Positions 6,824-16,769 of a stretch of DNA of 64,000 bases are shown piece by piece. The stretch spans positions 10,277 through 74,276 of the IMG/VR virus record IMGVR_UViG_3300033232_000039. One strand, written 5' to 3'. The stretch comes from a virus. Under the pieces are notes generated by a model that ran no database searches, was not told where the DNA came from, and saw only the letters and a list, made by a program, of their open reading frames with translations. The position numbers and the translations under genes were made by a program. Each line of letters opens with the position of its first letter. The stretch's first letter is position 1.

Positions 6824-9435
6824 TTGAGTTCTTTCAAGTGATTTTCTTTGGCGGTAGCGCATATATTGATGATTTCCTCTTTGGTTGCTGTTGTTGGTAA
6901 GGTAACTGAGTGTGCCCAGTCAGGCCAAAAGATATCCAATTGCGCACCTAACTTAACCCGGGGATGTTGAATCTCAGGGAGTTCCTGCCATGCCATTGCT
7001 TCGGTGATACCTTGGTTTGCAAAGTGCATTACATCAGCATCATCACGAATGAGGTAATAACCTGCATCATGAATCTGACCTACTGGAAGAATGTCTAAAC
7101 GATACTTGGATGCTCTTACTTTTTCCATAAAAGTATTCATGGCCCGATTGTTCAATAATCCATAGGATTGGCCTAGGGCGTTACCTGCGGTACGCCCTTC
7201 GGCTTTGGCTTCATAAGGAACGCTGTCGGTGCCAAATACCACTTGCTTAAGTAACGGTGTGCGTACACGTAAGCCAAAGGCAACTTCGACAAAACCATCT
7301 TTGGATGCTTGTTGTAGTCTATTTTGTACATATTGATCTGATTCCTCATAAAGTGCGTGATATCCCTTTTCAATGGCCTGAGCTTTATCTTTATCAAAAC
7401 CAAGGTTATTTACTAACGTATGCCACGTACCTTGGTAAGTAAGTGCAAATGTTGGCCCTTTGGATTCTTGACGAAGATCAGGATATAGTTTCTTTATGGA
7501 ATTGATGGATTCCACTGTATCAATGATGTCAGGACATTGATCACTAAAGTAACTAAAGGCTCGCAGACAGTGACCGCAATAACCATCTGTATAGACTTTG
7601 ATTTTGTTCCTGTCTTTGGTTGTCAAGGCAGAGATCATGTCTTCCAATGAATTGAAGTCAGCACCAACAAATAACCAGCCATCCGGGGCACTAAAGCAAC
7701 TTTTAACTAGCTTGCTAAAGGTGGACTTGGAGGGTAGGTTCTGCATGTTGGGTTCTGAACTACTCAAACGACCCGAGACTGTTCCACCTAAGTTAAAGCT
7801 ACCATGCAGATACTTGCGGCCATCTGCCTTGTCAAGCCCATGTTCAAAAGCAGGAATAAAAGTAGAAAGAATCTTGCTAACCTTGCCATAACTAATCAAC
7901 GCAGTCAGTAGCTCTTTGTAAGCAGGCTCCTTGGTATGATTGATAAGCTTCTCAATGGTTTCAGCACCTGTGGCTGGCTGTTTTGTATCGGTGTAATCCA
8001 GTACAGGTAAGCCCATTTGTTCATACAACAGGCGCTGTAATTGCGGCCCGCTGTTAGGGTTAAACGTCACATTACTGAATTTATCCAGTGGATGTTGTTT
8101 TACCTTTAACTTGGCATTGGCTGCTTCCATTGCACTGGTTTGTACCAACAGATTGAGCACCTTAATCAATGGACTATTCTTGATCAGTGCCAAGTGGATT
8201 TCCTGTTGGAGTTCCAGGTTCTTCTTGACTTCTTTGATCTTGGTTTTATCCATTGGCATCCCTGTCAACTCCATCTGAATGATGGTCTTGAGACTTGGTA
8301 GCATTAGTGTTCGGTACAGCTCTTCCTGCTTGTCCTGAACCATGATAGGGGTGTACTTGTTCTTGACAAACCAAGTACTCAGACAGTCCACCAAGTTGTA
8401 CTGAAGCAAGTCTTTCAAGCTAATCCTGCGAATGTCCTTGATGTCTTCTTGTGCCCAGTTGCCAGCAAACTCATGTGCAAGCGCCTTCAAACCAAGCACA
8501 TTACCCGCTGTGCTGTTGGTAGCAAGGTAAGCAATGATCTTGGTATCTTGAAATGCTCTGGTCATTATCTCTAAACCAGTGATGCAACTCATTGAATCTA
8601 AAAGGGATTCCATCCACAGGGTGTAGATAATAACTTTAATGTCATAAGTTGCGTTGTGGAAAGTAAGTTCACCTTGGTATTCCGTGAAGAAGTTGAGCAG
8701 CAGTGCCCGTACTTGTGAATTGACTACCTGACAGCCAAAGCCCTGATGCATCCCTGGATCTTTGGAAATGTAATCGCAGGCAAATGCCAAGCCATTATGT
8801 TGATCCCAGGCAAAGCCAATAGTGGCTATCCCAGCTTCATTAAAACGCAGGCTGAAGCCCTCAATATCACAGGTGAGTTCTTTGTACTGGTGCAAGGATT
8901 CAAGGGCAGCAGCGATGTCCTGAAGGCTTTCTGGATACTGTGCTGTATGGATGATTCCGGTACCAAGTGCAAGATAGTTGCCATTAAACTGATCGGCAAC
9001 TGTCTTTAGGCTCATGGTCAATTTATCCTGTAGAGCTGGGTTATAGATCAATGCTTGATAATTAACCCCCAATACCACATTCATATGTTCATAGCCCTTG
9101 ATGGCACAGGGTAATACATATCCATGATGTGGCTCTGCCTTGCTCTGTTTGGTCAGTGTCTTGAAATAGGCAGCATCTGTGACATAAAGCAATGTGATCC
9201 CTAGAGAATTCATTGCTGGAAGTAATTTGTCAAGATACTCTTTAATGAATTTGACAGAAGCTTTACCGTTATCACCATATCTCAGTGTAAAAGCAATGAG
9301 TGAGGCATTACTGATACCTAGTGTATTTAATGGACTCACATAATTAGCTTGAATGTCTTGCTTGTTGAAAGATGTGGCTTTCAGTAGCACAGCGATACGG
9401 TAGTTTTCAGACTGTGTGAATACAATGTGCTTCAT
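6820..9435 (-). CDS. N4 gp39-like family A DNA polymerase with 3'-5' exonuclease
   Basis: Exo motifs CDIEG, FHNATYD, YNLVDC; SGRLSSSEPNMQNLP; motif A GADFNSLE; motif B RQESKGPTFALTY; motif C IHDA; 871 aa. Confidence 0.95.
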   Translation of the reverse strand: MKHIVFTQSENYRIAVLLKATSFNKQDIQANYVSPLNTLGISNASLIAFTLRYGDNGKASVKFIKEYLDKLLPAMNSLGITLLYVTDAAYFKTLTKQSKAEPHHGYVLPCAIKGYEHMNVVLGVNYQALIYNPALQDKLTMSLKTVADQFNGNYLALGTGIIHTAQYPESLQDIAAALESLHQYKELTCDIEGFSLRFNEAGIATIGFAWDQHNGLAFACDYISKDPGMHQGFGCQVVNSQVRALLLNFFTEYQGELTFHNATYDIKVIIYTLWMESLLDSMSCITGLEIMTRAFQDTKIIAYLATNSTAGNVLGLKALAHEFAGNWAQEDIKDIRRISLKDLLQYNLVDCLSTWFVKNKYTPIMVQDKQEELYRTLMLPSLKTIIQMELTGMPMDKTKIKEVKKNLELQQEIHLALIKNSPLIKVLNLLVQTSAMEAANAKLKVKQHPLDKFSNVTFNPNSGPQLQRLLYEQMGLPVLDYTDTKQPATGAETIEKLINHTKEPAYKELLTALISYGKVSKILSTFIPAFEHGLDKADGRKYLHGSFNLGGTVSGRLSSSEPNMQNLPSKSTFSKLVKSCFSAPDGWLFVGADFNSLEDMISALTTKDRNKIKVYTDGYCGHCLRAFSYFSDQCPDIIDTVESINSIKKLYPDLRQESKGPTFALTYQGTWHTLVNNLGFDKDKAQAIEKGYHALYEESDQYVQNRLQQASKDGFVEVAFGLRVRTPLLKQVVFGTDSVPYEAKAEGRTAGNALGQSYGLLNNRAMNTFMEKVRASKYRLDILPVGQIHDAGYYLIRDDADVMHFANQGITEAMAWQELPEIQHPRVKLGAQLDIFWPDWAHSVTLPTTATKEEIINICATAKENHLKELK

Positions 9436-9442
9436 AATACTT

Positions 9443-9961
9443 TCAGATAAGTAAGTTTTTTACCATCCTCGCTTTCATGAGGTTAATAGGTAACTGATTT
9501 TTGGTTAGCATACTCAATATGTCTTCCTGAGTTAGTTTATGTGTCTTGCAAGGACATGAAGCAATTAGCTTCTCAATAGGTTGATGTACTGAAGGTGGCA
9601 GCACCATTAAGTAATCTGACAGGTCATTAGATGAATTCAATACTTGTCCAATAAATCCGAGTACATATGGTAACTCGTAATTATTAAGATTGATGATCTC
9701 TTTTAGATAATCATCCATGTAAACATGAAGACTTTTGTGAAGTCTGTTTACTCTGCGATGTATTACAGCACTGGGTGTACTATAAATCTCTGACTTGTAT
9801 ATGAATGCCATATCCGCATTACCGCAAAGAATAGAATTCTTTGTAATAAGTTTCTCCAGCTTGCGCTCAAAGTCTTTTAGTACTGGGTTGTACAAAAACG
9901 AATAAAGAGCATCCTTAATTTGCTGTTTAGTTCGTGGGTCATGAAGAAGATGGTCATTCAT
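9443..9961 (-). CDS. N4 gp38-like conserved protein
   Basis: 172 aa between helicase and DNA polymerase, as in N4 gene order (inference). Confidence 0.6.
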   Translation of the reverse strand: MNDHLLHDPRTKQQIKDALYSFLYNPVLKDFERKLEKLITKNSILCGNADMAFIYKSEIYSTPSAVIHRRVNRLHKSLHVYMDDYLKEIINLNNYELPYVLGFIGQVLNSSNDLSDYLMVLPPSVHQPIEKLIASCPCKTHKLTQEDILSMLTKNQLPINLMKARMVKNLLI

Positions 9962-9982
9962 ACTGTATTTCTTTTACATTGA

Positions 9983-11224
9983 CTAAGCAATGTCTCCTGT
10001 TAAATATACTTGATGTCTTGCGCGACTTACCCCTACATATAACATTCGTGCAATTTGATCACCTGAATTACATCGTTTAATGTCATCTAGATCAATAAAT
10101 ACACGGTCAAATGTACTTCCTTGCGCTTTATTAACAGTACAAGCATAAGCTGCACGTAAATCAACCCAACGGCTATCAATCTCTTCGACTACACTGAATT
10201 GTTCCAAAGCTTTAGCTTTTTTAAGTGCTGTAGTCTTATCAATAATAGATTTGGGGCCAAAAAGAGAAAGATAGTTATCTAACGTATAGTAGTTACCTAA
10301 AACACTATGCTGATGTATATCAGGGCCAATGTTGGTAATACGAACCAACTGATCTGTCTTGATAGACACTTTTCCTGCGTTGATGTATTTGTTACATACT
10401 GCGTAGTCATTTACCTGAAAGTTAGGACTGCCTGTGACATGACCATTCACAGCATGGTTATAGTTCACACTACATTTGTTAGTCCATGACAGGATTTTCG
10501 AATCCTGATAGCACCAATCAGTTCGAGTGAATTCTTGTTCAATGGCTTTATCAAAGTCAGTACGGGGAAGATACTGAATAACATAGCCGTCTGGTTTAAA
10601 ACTAAAGAATTCACCTGTATTGACTGTATTCCTGAACTTGGTAGATAAATCTACGATGGGATTACCCGCAGCTTGGCGTACTACCTGACTCAGATGTGCC
10701 CCTTTGTAGTGGGCAGAGAATACGGGTGTACCTGTTGCCTTAACAGGGGTCAATTGTGCAGGATCACCAATGAAAACAATTTTGCAATTGCAAGTAAGTT
10801 TGAAAATCAGATTCAATAGCTGTTTATCAATATAGCTGGCTTCGTCAATAAATAACAAATAGCCTTCTTTGGCTATGGTACTACGTGGAATAAGGGTGGT
10901 AACCCCTGTCTCATAGTTGGTCTGAACACGCAAGCCAAGAAAGGAATGAATGGTATTGGTCGTCATTCCTGTCAGTTGACTAAGATTCTCTGCAGCCTTA
11001 TTGGTAGTGGCTGTAAGCACAATTTCATACTCTTTGATTTTTGGGTCAATAAGTCGTGCAGCCTTAATGAAGTTAGGCGTATGCTCAATCAGACTCTTAG
11101 CTAAAGTGGACTTACCCGTACCTGAATAACCAGAGAGTAAAAAGACTTGTTCAATAGGGTCTGTAATGAAACGGCGAAACACTTCAAGTGCATTTTGTTG
11201 GTCTGGGGTAAGGGTAATGTTCAT
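9983..11224 (-). CDS. SF1 (Dda/RecD-like) DNA helicase, N4 gp37-like
   Basis: GYSGTGKS, ATTNKAA, FIDEASYI, GDPAQL, VVRQ, TVNKAQGSTF, YVGVSRAR motifs. Confidence 0.93.
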   Translation of the reverse strand: MNITLTPDQQNALEVFRRFITDPIEQVFLLSGYSGTGKSTLAKSLIEHTPNFIKAARLIDPKIKEYEIVLTATTNKAAENLSQLTGMTTNTIHSFLGLRVQTNYETGVTTLIPRSTIAKEGYLLFIDEASYIDKQLLNLIFKLTCNCKIVFIGDPAQLTPVKATGTPVFSAHYKGAHLSQVVRQAAGNPIVDLSTKFRNTVNTGEFFSFKPDGYVIQYLPRTDFDKAIEQEFTRTDWCYQDSKILSWTNKCSVNYNHAVNGHVTGSPNFQVNDYAVCNKYINAGKVSIKTDQLVRITNIGPDIHQHSVLGNYYTLDNYLSLFGPKSIIDKTTALKKAKALEQFSVVEEIDSRWVDLRAAYACTVNKAQGSTFDRVFIDLDDIKRCNSGDQIARMLYVGVSRARHQVYLTGDIA

Positions 11225-11229
11225 AGTAT

Positions 11230-11538
11230 TTACTGAATTGCCAAGCCTTGTTGTATAACCTCATCTACCGAGATATTGAGAATGGCAGCAATTTTGTAGC
11301 GTTCATACTCAATATAGCTCATAGGACTTACTACGATTTTTGATCGTTCTAGTTCACTAATGGTATGTGGCTTGTTATATGGATCATTAAACTGTTCTGC
11401 AGCATTAAGTGCGCCTAAAAAAGCAAGACCATCCTTGTGAGGTAATACGAGCGAAGTCTCATAACTAAGCTTGATAAGCATATAGTTATCTCGTGGTTTT
11501 GCTGTCTGTAACTTTTTAAGTGCTTCTCTGTAATCCAT
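11230..11538 (-). CDS. Hypothetical protein
   Basis: 102-aa ORF with GGAG RBS in a tight operon. Confidence 0.65.
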   Translation of the reverse strand: MDYREALKKLQTAKPRDNYMLIKLSYETSLVLPHKDGLAFLGALNAAEQFNDPYNKPHTISELERSKIVVSPMSYIEYERYKIAAILNISVDEVIQQGLAIQ

Positions 11539-11540
11539 GA

Positions 11541-12638
11541 TTACTCCGTAATTGTGTAGTGAATGACTTTGCCATAAGGTGCTTCAAACTGGTCATTGTT
11601 ATGAATTAACCAAACGACATCTTGCTTACTTTTATCTTTGTAAAAGCGGAAGTAGCCATCAGTAAATACCAATAGCACTTTGGGTTTATTCTCTTCTGCC
11701 CAAGCCATAACAGGTTCAATACTTGTACCCCCTCGGCCTGTGAAGACTACTTGGCTAAGATCATGAATGCTTTTAATATGATCTACAGAAATGATCTGTG
11801 TATCAAATTGAATGAGTGTCATTGTCTCGGGGCGTAGAGACTTGATGATTCCATTGGCTTCAGAAACAAAGCGTTTGAACTCAATATCACTCACCGAACC
11901 AGACGCATCAACTGCAATGGTTATGTCCATGAGACTGTCAGAAAACATGCTTGGCATGTGATACTTTGGGAAGTAGCGACGGTTGGGCCTGCGAAATGAA
12001 TAATCATTTTTGGTTAGTGTCTGCATGTACTTACGCAGAATCTTTTGCCAAGGTAACTTAGGATTGAGTAACTTATCCAGGAAAATACGAATTTCTCCAG
12101 CAATATTGCTGTAAGACTTGTCATCTTGCATCTTGGCTTGAATGGACGCAGAGATAATGATTTCTTCCAGTTCTTGCTCAAGTTCGTCTGTGCTAGTTGC
12201 TTCCTGAATATCCATGTCAACATCAGAGGTATCCTGATCAGGGAGTAGGGTATAGACTGCTTCAGTGCTCATATTTGAGTACTGGGAATCAGCGTATCCT
12301 CCTTTAGGCATGGTAAAACCTTGCTTGATCAACTGCAGATTAATTACGTGGTCAGCAGCTATATTGAATTTGGCTTTATTACGATCACCAACACGAAGCA
12401 TGTGCATGTAAGCAACGTGCATAGTTTCATGTAGCAATAAGAATACGCGCTCTTCTTGAGTAAGGCTCATAAAGAACTTGGGATTAAACAGTATTTGCTT
12501 ACCATTGGTAGCTGCAGTTCTGATACTGGTATCCCATTTGTGAACCAGCCTGAAACAGACACTGGTATAAAAAGTTGTGTCTGGTTTAGACATCAACTGG
12601 ATCTTGGCTTTACTAAGAGCCAGTACGTGTTCTTCCAT
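11541..12638 (-). CDS. Metallopeptidase + vWA domain protein (N4 gp25-like, DUF2201-type)
   Basis: HETMH zincin motif; C-terminal MIDAS DASGS...GRGGT...VFTDG. Confidence 0.85.
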   Translation of the reverse strand: MEEHVLALSKAKIQLMSKPDTTFYTSVCFRLVHKWDTSIRTAATNGKQILFNPKFFMSLTQEERVFLLLHETMHVAYMHMLRVGDRNKAKFNIAADHVINLQLIKQGFTMPKGGYADSQYSNMSTEAVYTLLPDQDTSDVDMDIQEATSTDELEQELEEIIISASIQAKMQDDKSYSNIAGEIRIFLDKLLNPKLPWQKILRKYMQTLTKNDYSFRRPNRRYFPKYHMPSMFSDSLMDITIAVDASGSVSDIEFKRFVSEANGIIKSLRPETMTLIQFDTQIISVDHIKSIHDLSQVVFTGRGGTSIEPVMAWAEENKPKVLLVFTDGYFRFYKDKSKQDVVWLIHNNDQFEAPYGKVIHYTITE

Positions 12639-12661
12639 AACTACTTTCTTTTAGAAAAAGG

Positions 12662-12687
12662 AAAAGCCTACACTGAGGTAGGCTTTT
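12662..12687. terminator. Intrinsic terminator hairpin
   Basis: AAAAGCCTAC-actgag-GTAGGCTTTT perfect stem with T-tracts on both strands. Confidence 0.6.
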
Positions 12688-12822
12688 GAGGTGCATGTTT
12701 ATCTAGTTTTGGTTCAGGCCGCATAAACATGCAAAACACCTGGTAGCACAACATATGCTACTGTTTTTGGTTTCTCACGCCAATCACAAATTTTTTAACC
12801 ACAGAGGCGCATGGAGTGCACC

Positions 12823-13005
12823 TTAAGCTTTCTTGATATAGGTACCCAAACGCATGACAGTTTCTGAGTAATATTCTGCAACCTTAGCGTTATAAGCTGC
12901 GGCAGTCTCATGCCTAAGAAATTGACGCTGTGCCTCTTCGAGCTCTGTTTGTGCCAATTGTTTGGCATTAGGTTTTTTGAATACCTCAATGAGTTGTTTC
13001 CACAT
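12823..13005 (-). CDS. Hypothetical protein
   Basis: 60-aa helical ORF. Confidence 0.55.
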   Translation of the reverse strand: MWKQLIEVFKKPNAKQLAQTELEEAQRQFLRHETAAAYNAKVAEYYSETVMRLGTYIKKA

Positions 13006-13104
13006 AATTTTTCCAAGAAAAAAGCCACTACTAAGAGTGGCTGGAGTTAATTAAGCTACTGCTTCTTTAATAGGTTTTTGTTTGGTTTTTTTTCTATTAA
13101 ATAT

Positions 13105-13180
13105 TGGTTCTCAGGACGGGACTTGAACCCACAACCAAAGAATTATGAGTTCTCTGCTCTACCAATTGAGCTACCTGAGA
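13105..13180 (-). tRNA. tRNA with CAT anticodon (elongator Met or lysidine-Ile2), 76 nt, encoded CCA
   Basis: Reverse strand TCTCAGG TA GCTC AATTGGTA GAGC A GAGAA CTCATAA TTCTT TGGTT GTGGG TTCAAGT CCCGT CCTGAGA A CCA folds as a full cloverleaf. Confidence 0.92.
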
Positions 13181-13309
13181 ATTGGTAAAAATATACTAAT
13201 GTATATCAGCTTAAGAGATATGTATTGATATCTTTAAGCATGCGTTCAATACGAACTTGTGCACGAAGTTCAGAAACAATTTGAGACATGCGTTTCATGG
13301 ATTTCCTTT

Positions 13310-14323
13310 TTAAAAAAGAGTTGCTGCACTGGAAGTGATCCAGTTTTGTACAGCAGGGTGTGATAACAAAGCTTTATTGCGGCGAATAGTACCTCGCAGG
13401 CAAACTACCTGGAATTCCGTTGGCATACGCAAAATAAACTTCATCAATTGAGCAAAATTAGCTTCTGTTGCATTATGACTAAGGGAACCTGTCAAAGCAT
13501 ACAAAATACTAGGCTCAATGGGTACACTGATTGTCTCTGGTGCAACTACAATCTGTGCAACCTTGGGAAGACTGTTTTCAATCTTGCAGAACCCAAGAAA
13601 TTCACGTGCAATGCCTTCTGAAATAGCTCCAGCCAGCATGGGAAGGGCATCTGTATCTTCAATAGCTTCATTTTGAAGAATCCTGTTTGTAAATTCCCAT
13701 GTTCGAGGGCAGGCATAGGTGTTATCTGTGTGGTCTGGCTTGAATGTATATACATTTCCTGGCTTGAAATCAAGGTAGCTAGAGATACGGTGATCAAAAC
13801 CCATTTCATTGGCATAGTTAATGAACTCTTGGGTATCTACTAGCAGTTCCATATGAACCAAGCGTGACTGCAATGCTGTACTCATAACCTCGACTGCAGC
13901 ATTGTCTGTATCCAGATTACCAGCACAGCAGATAGCGACATTCTTGTGAAGCTTATGGCTACCTACCATCTTGTCCAGTACCAACTTATACGCAGCTTTC
14001 TGTACAGAGATAGGAGCACCATTGAACTCATCAAGAAACAGCAACCAGCCGTTGTAGTCATTAGGAACTGGATCCCCTTCAATCGGGAATGTCTTCATGG
14101 GTACATAATCCGCTTTACTACCTGTGACTGTAGGGAAGCCCAGTAGATCAGTAGGATCACACTGGCTCAATCGAAGGTCGATTACTTGCAATTTGTACTC
14201 TTTGGCAATCTGATGAATGATGTCTGACTTGCCACAACCAGGACTGCCTACCAACATGGGTACGAGTCCTGCTTTTAGGTATTTAGGGATCATTCTGATC
14301 GCCTGAGAAATCTTAACTTGCAT
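13310..14323 (-). CDS. MoxR-like AAA+ ATPase (N4 gp24-like)
   Basis: GSPGCGKS, LFLDEFN, AGN, ALQSRL, CPRTWE. Confidence 0.88.
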   Translation of the reverse strand: MQVKISQAIRMIPKYLKAGLVPMLVGSPGCGKSDIIHQIAKEYKLQVIDLRLSQCDPTDLLGFPTVTGSKADYVPMKTFPIEGDPVPNDYNGWLLFLDEFNGAPISVQKAAYKLVLDKMVGSHKLHKNVAICCAGNLDTDNAAVEVMSTALQSRLVHMELLVDTQEFINYANEMGFDHRISSYLDFKPGNVYTFKPDHTDNTYACPRTWEFTNRILQNEAIEDTDALPMLAGAISEGIAREFLGFCKIENSLPKVAQIVVAPETISVPIEPSILYALTGSLSHNATEANFAQLMKFILRMPTEFQVVCLRGTIRRNKALLSHPAVQNWITSSAATLF

Positions 14324-14327
14324 ATTT

Positions 14328-14549
14328 TTATTCCTCGGTAATGATCAAGGAATCCTTTAAAAATGTATGAAATAGTGCAGCTTCAGTAAGTGATGCGAAA
14401 CGCAGGCTCGCTGTACCAGAGTAGTAAGAAAGCCAAGGACTATCTTTACTTTGGTCAGGACGATAAGTAACGCACCGGGTTCCCGAATAACTGCGAAAAG
14501 TGCGTGCCAAGTAGTACTCATTTGTACGGGGCATAGTGTGTTGGTTCAA
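14328..14549 (-). CDS. Hypothetical protein
   Basis: 73-aa ORF; start uncertain. Confidence 0.5.
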   Translation of the reverse strand: MNQHTMPRTNEYYLARTFRSYSGTRCVTYRPDQSKDSPWLSYYSGTASLRFASLTEAALFHTFLKDSLIITEE

Positions 14550-14754
14550 TAAGGTTTAGCGCCTTGACATAACTATCAATATCCTTGGATACGACAATTT
14601 TGCTAATCAGGCTAGCTACATCCATGCTAGCTTTATCTAGTTGCATGTGAACGCGGTCTTTAATTTTCTCCGGTGCGTTGTTTACTTTCCACTCTGCTAC
14701 AGCAGCAGAGATAACAGGCAATAGTTCATCCAAAGGATTAATGGTATTTTTCAT
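14518..14754 (-). CDS. Hypothetical protein
   Basis: 78-aa ORF. Confidence 0.5.
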   Translation of the reverse strand: MKNTINPLDELLPVISAAVAEWKVNNAPEKIKDRVHMQLDKASMDVASLISKIVVSKDIDSYVKALNLIEPTHYAPYK

Positions 14755-14758
14755 GTTC

Positions 14759-14944
14759 TTATTTTTCCAACTGTTTCAGTAAAGTATTCTGATATGTCAT
14801 AAGAAGACTTACCATGTCATTCTGGTGTACTACCGGGATTTTTGAGGTTGCCAAGTTGACAACTTCTTGAAGACTGTTCATGGTTGGGTAAAGACTCATG
14901 GGTACAGGCTTTAAAGAAGCTGTCATGTTGCGGTATTTGTTCAT
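14759..14944 (-). CDS. Conserved N4-like small protein (gp22-like)
   Basis: SLQEVVNLATSKIP...NDMVSLLMTYQNTLL pattern; likely start MNKYRN at 14944. Confidence 0.55.
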   Translation of the reverse strand: MNKYRNMTASLKPVPMSLYPTMNSLQEVVNLATSKIPVVHQNDMVSLLMTYQNTLLKQLEK

Positions 14945-14945
14945 A

Positions 14946-15266
14946 TTAGAAAGGGATATCCTCAAATTCTTCAAGAGGGTATCCATGATCTTCTTCAATC
15001 TCGTTCTTTCGAGAAATACCCAGAACAAGCAATGTACCCAATTCATCAATAGTTACATCATGTTTATTGAGAATTTGCATAACCCTGTAGGAATCACCAG
15101 AGCGTTTGGCTAGTGGTGTAACCACATTAGCACTAAGTAGAACTCGGGTAATGGTGCGTGGTGAGACACCATAAATATACGCAAACTCATTGATAGGCAT
15201 ACTGGAATTTTTGTACCAGGTAACAATATCCTGTTGTTCGTCTTTGGTAAGGCATTTGACTGTCAT
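14946..15266 (-). CDS. Helix-turn-helix protein
   Basis: INEFAYIYGVSPRTITRVL HTH; acidic EDIPF C-terminus. Confidence 0.7.
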   Translation of the reverse strand: MTVKCLTKDEQQDIVTWYKNSSMPINEFAYIYGVSPRTITRVLLSANVVTPLAKRSGDSYRVMQILNKHDVTIDELGTLLVLGISRKNEIEEDHGYPLEEFEDIPF

Positions 15267-15282
15267 GATGTTTCTTTCTTAT

Positions 15283-15495
15283 TTAATAAATACGGGTTAG
15301 CTTTTCAGCAATAGCGATATTTGCTTCATCTCTTTCAGATTTATCTGGATCATCAAGATCAACCAGAATTACTGCCATGTTTTTAGCTGCTTTTTTTGAA
15401 TTAGTAGATACATACTTAAGACAGCCCTGTTTAATAACAATATAAAGTTTTTTCATAATAAGTTTTCTATGAGTGTGTGTATCCGTCAAGTTCAA
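15283..15495 (-). CDS. Hypothetical protein
   Basis: ORF; probable start MKKLYI at 15456. Confidence 0.4.
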   Translation of the reverse strand: MNLTDTHTHRKLIMKKLYIVIKQGCLKYVSTNSKKAAKNMAVILVDLDDPDKSERDEANIAIAEKLTRIY

Positions 15496-15636
15496 TTCCT
15501 ACCCACATACCGGCATACTTGACCATAATGCTGCCTGAGCAGCTTGATTATTTATATGGTTAAGGCCTCGGTGTTACATAGTCAAAAAACAATTTTCTGA
15601 CAAGTTAGCATATCGGTAAGAAGTTTCAGAGAACTT

Positions 15637-16662
15637 CTAGATAGCTTGATTGAATACAGCAGTATTAAGCTGGTTTGTAAACCAAGACCGTGCCACTGTT
15701 GCAAGCGGCTTGCTTAACTGTTTATAGTCAATACCACTAGTTTGTAGGATGTCTGACTCTTCTTTGAGTACATCATGATATATCCAACGAATGAAGTCAC
15801 CCATACTTGTCATGTCAAATGGTTTCAGTTGTTCATTAATCAGGTTATGAAGCCCCTGTTCCAATCGCGCTTCCGTAACTGTCATTGCTACGAAGTCATT
15901 GATTTGATTTACTGTTGCAACATCTATAGATGCCAGAGTCTTCACTTTGGATACAGAATGTTTTTCACCTTTGACTTTGAACCAGTATTCAGAAGAAGGA
16001 TCACTTGTACAGCGCCACACAATGCCTTCACCAATACCCGTTACACCAAACGTTTTACCCACAGGACAGCAAGCTTCTACTTCATTAGTAAGCTCTTTAA
16101 GCTGGTTTTGTGAAAGCTCAGGATGTTTAAAATCAATCTCAATATCCCAAGTCTGAAACTGCTGAATATTGGTGATCTTAGCAAAGGTATCAACGGTATA
16201 GGGTGGAATGTCCACCCATTGGTTATTGACCAGGATTGCAAAGATAACAAACATCTTGGGTAGGCCATTAATAGCTACACCTTTTTGAATAGCGCCACCA
16301 CACCATTCACCATAGACAACAATAGTGTGATTCACACCTTTTAGTGCATTGGTTTTGGCAATGTATGCGCCTAAACCAGCAACAGTATCAAGATGCTGCT
16401 CCATGTGTGCCATAAAGCCTGCATTGTCTTGTGTTTGTGTCAATACACGCCCACGAGACTGATAGTAAATACCCTCTGGGCCATAAACAATAGCTGCATT
16501 GGTTCCATGCAACTTGCATGTCCCATTGAATGTAAGCTTAGGATATACAGGATTAGGGTTATAAATTGCCTTACCTTGTTCATCCAGCCCAATAAAAGAA
16601 GCTTTTGTACGGATATGTTTGACAATATCTCGAAATTGTTTAATAGATGGGAATGGGATCAT
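15637..16662 (-). CDS. RNA ligase, T4 Rnl2 family
   Basis: Motif I KLHGTN, YYQSR, motif III VYGEWCG, motif IV GEGIV, motif V FKVKG; 341 aa. Confidence 0.85.
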   Translation of the reverse strand: MIPFPSIKQFRDIVKHIRTKASFIGLDEQGKAIYNPNPVYPKLTFNGTCKLHGTNAAIVYGPEGIYYQSRGRVLTQTQDNAGFMAHMEQHLDTVAGLGAYIAKTNALKGVNHTIVVYGEWCGGAIQKGVAINGLPKMFVIFAILVNNQWVDIPPYTVDTFAKITNIQQFQTWDIEIDFKHPELSQNQLKELTNEVEACCPVGKTFGVTGIGEGIVWRCTSDPSSEYWFKVKGEKHSVSKVKTLASIDVATVNQINDFVAMTVTEARLEQGLHNLINEQLKPFDMTSMGDFIRWIYHDVLKEESDILQTSGIDYKQLSKPLATVARSWFTNQLNTAVFNQAI

Positions 16663-16680
16663 GTTTTATCTCTGGTTAAG

Positions 16681-16713
16681 TAAAAAAAAATGAACATACC
16701 CGTTAAGGTATGT
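16681..16713 (-). terminator. Intrinsic terminator closing the RNAP1-RNAP2-alphaCTD unit
   Basis: ACATACC-cgttaa-GGTATGT stem, followed on the minus strand by a long T-run. Confidence 0.7.
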
Positions 16714-16769
16714 CCACTCTTCAATCACAAAGCGCAGGGACTGCGCATGTTCTACTGTTTATCCACTAT

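Noticed and set aside
5530-9435. 2-aminoadenine (Z) genome system
   Set aside because: No purZ or datZ seen, and the polymerase is the N4 type; only DUF5664 is present, kept as a low-level finding
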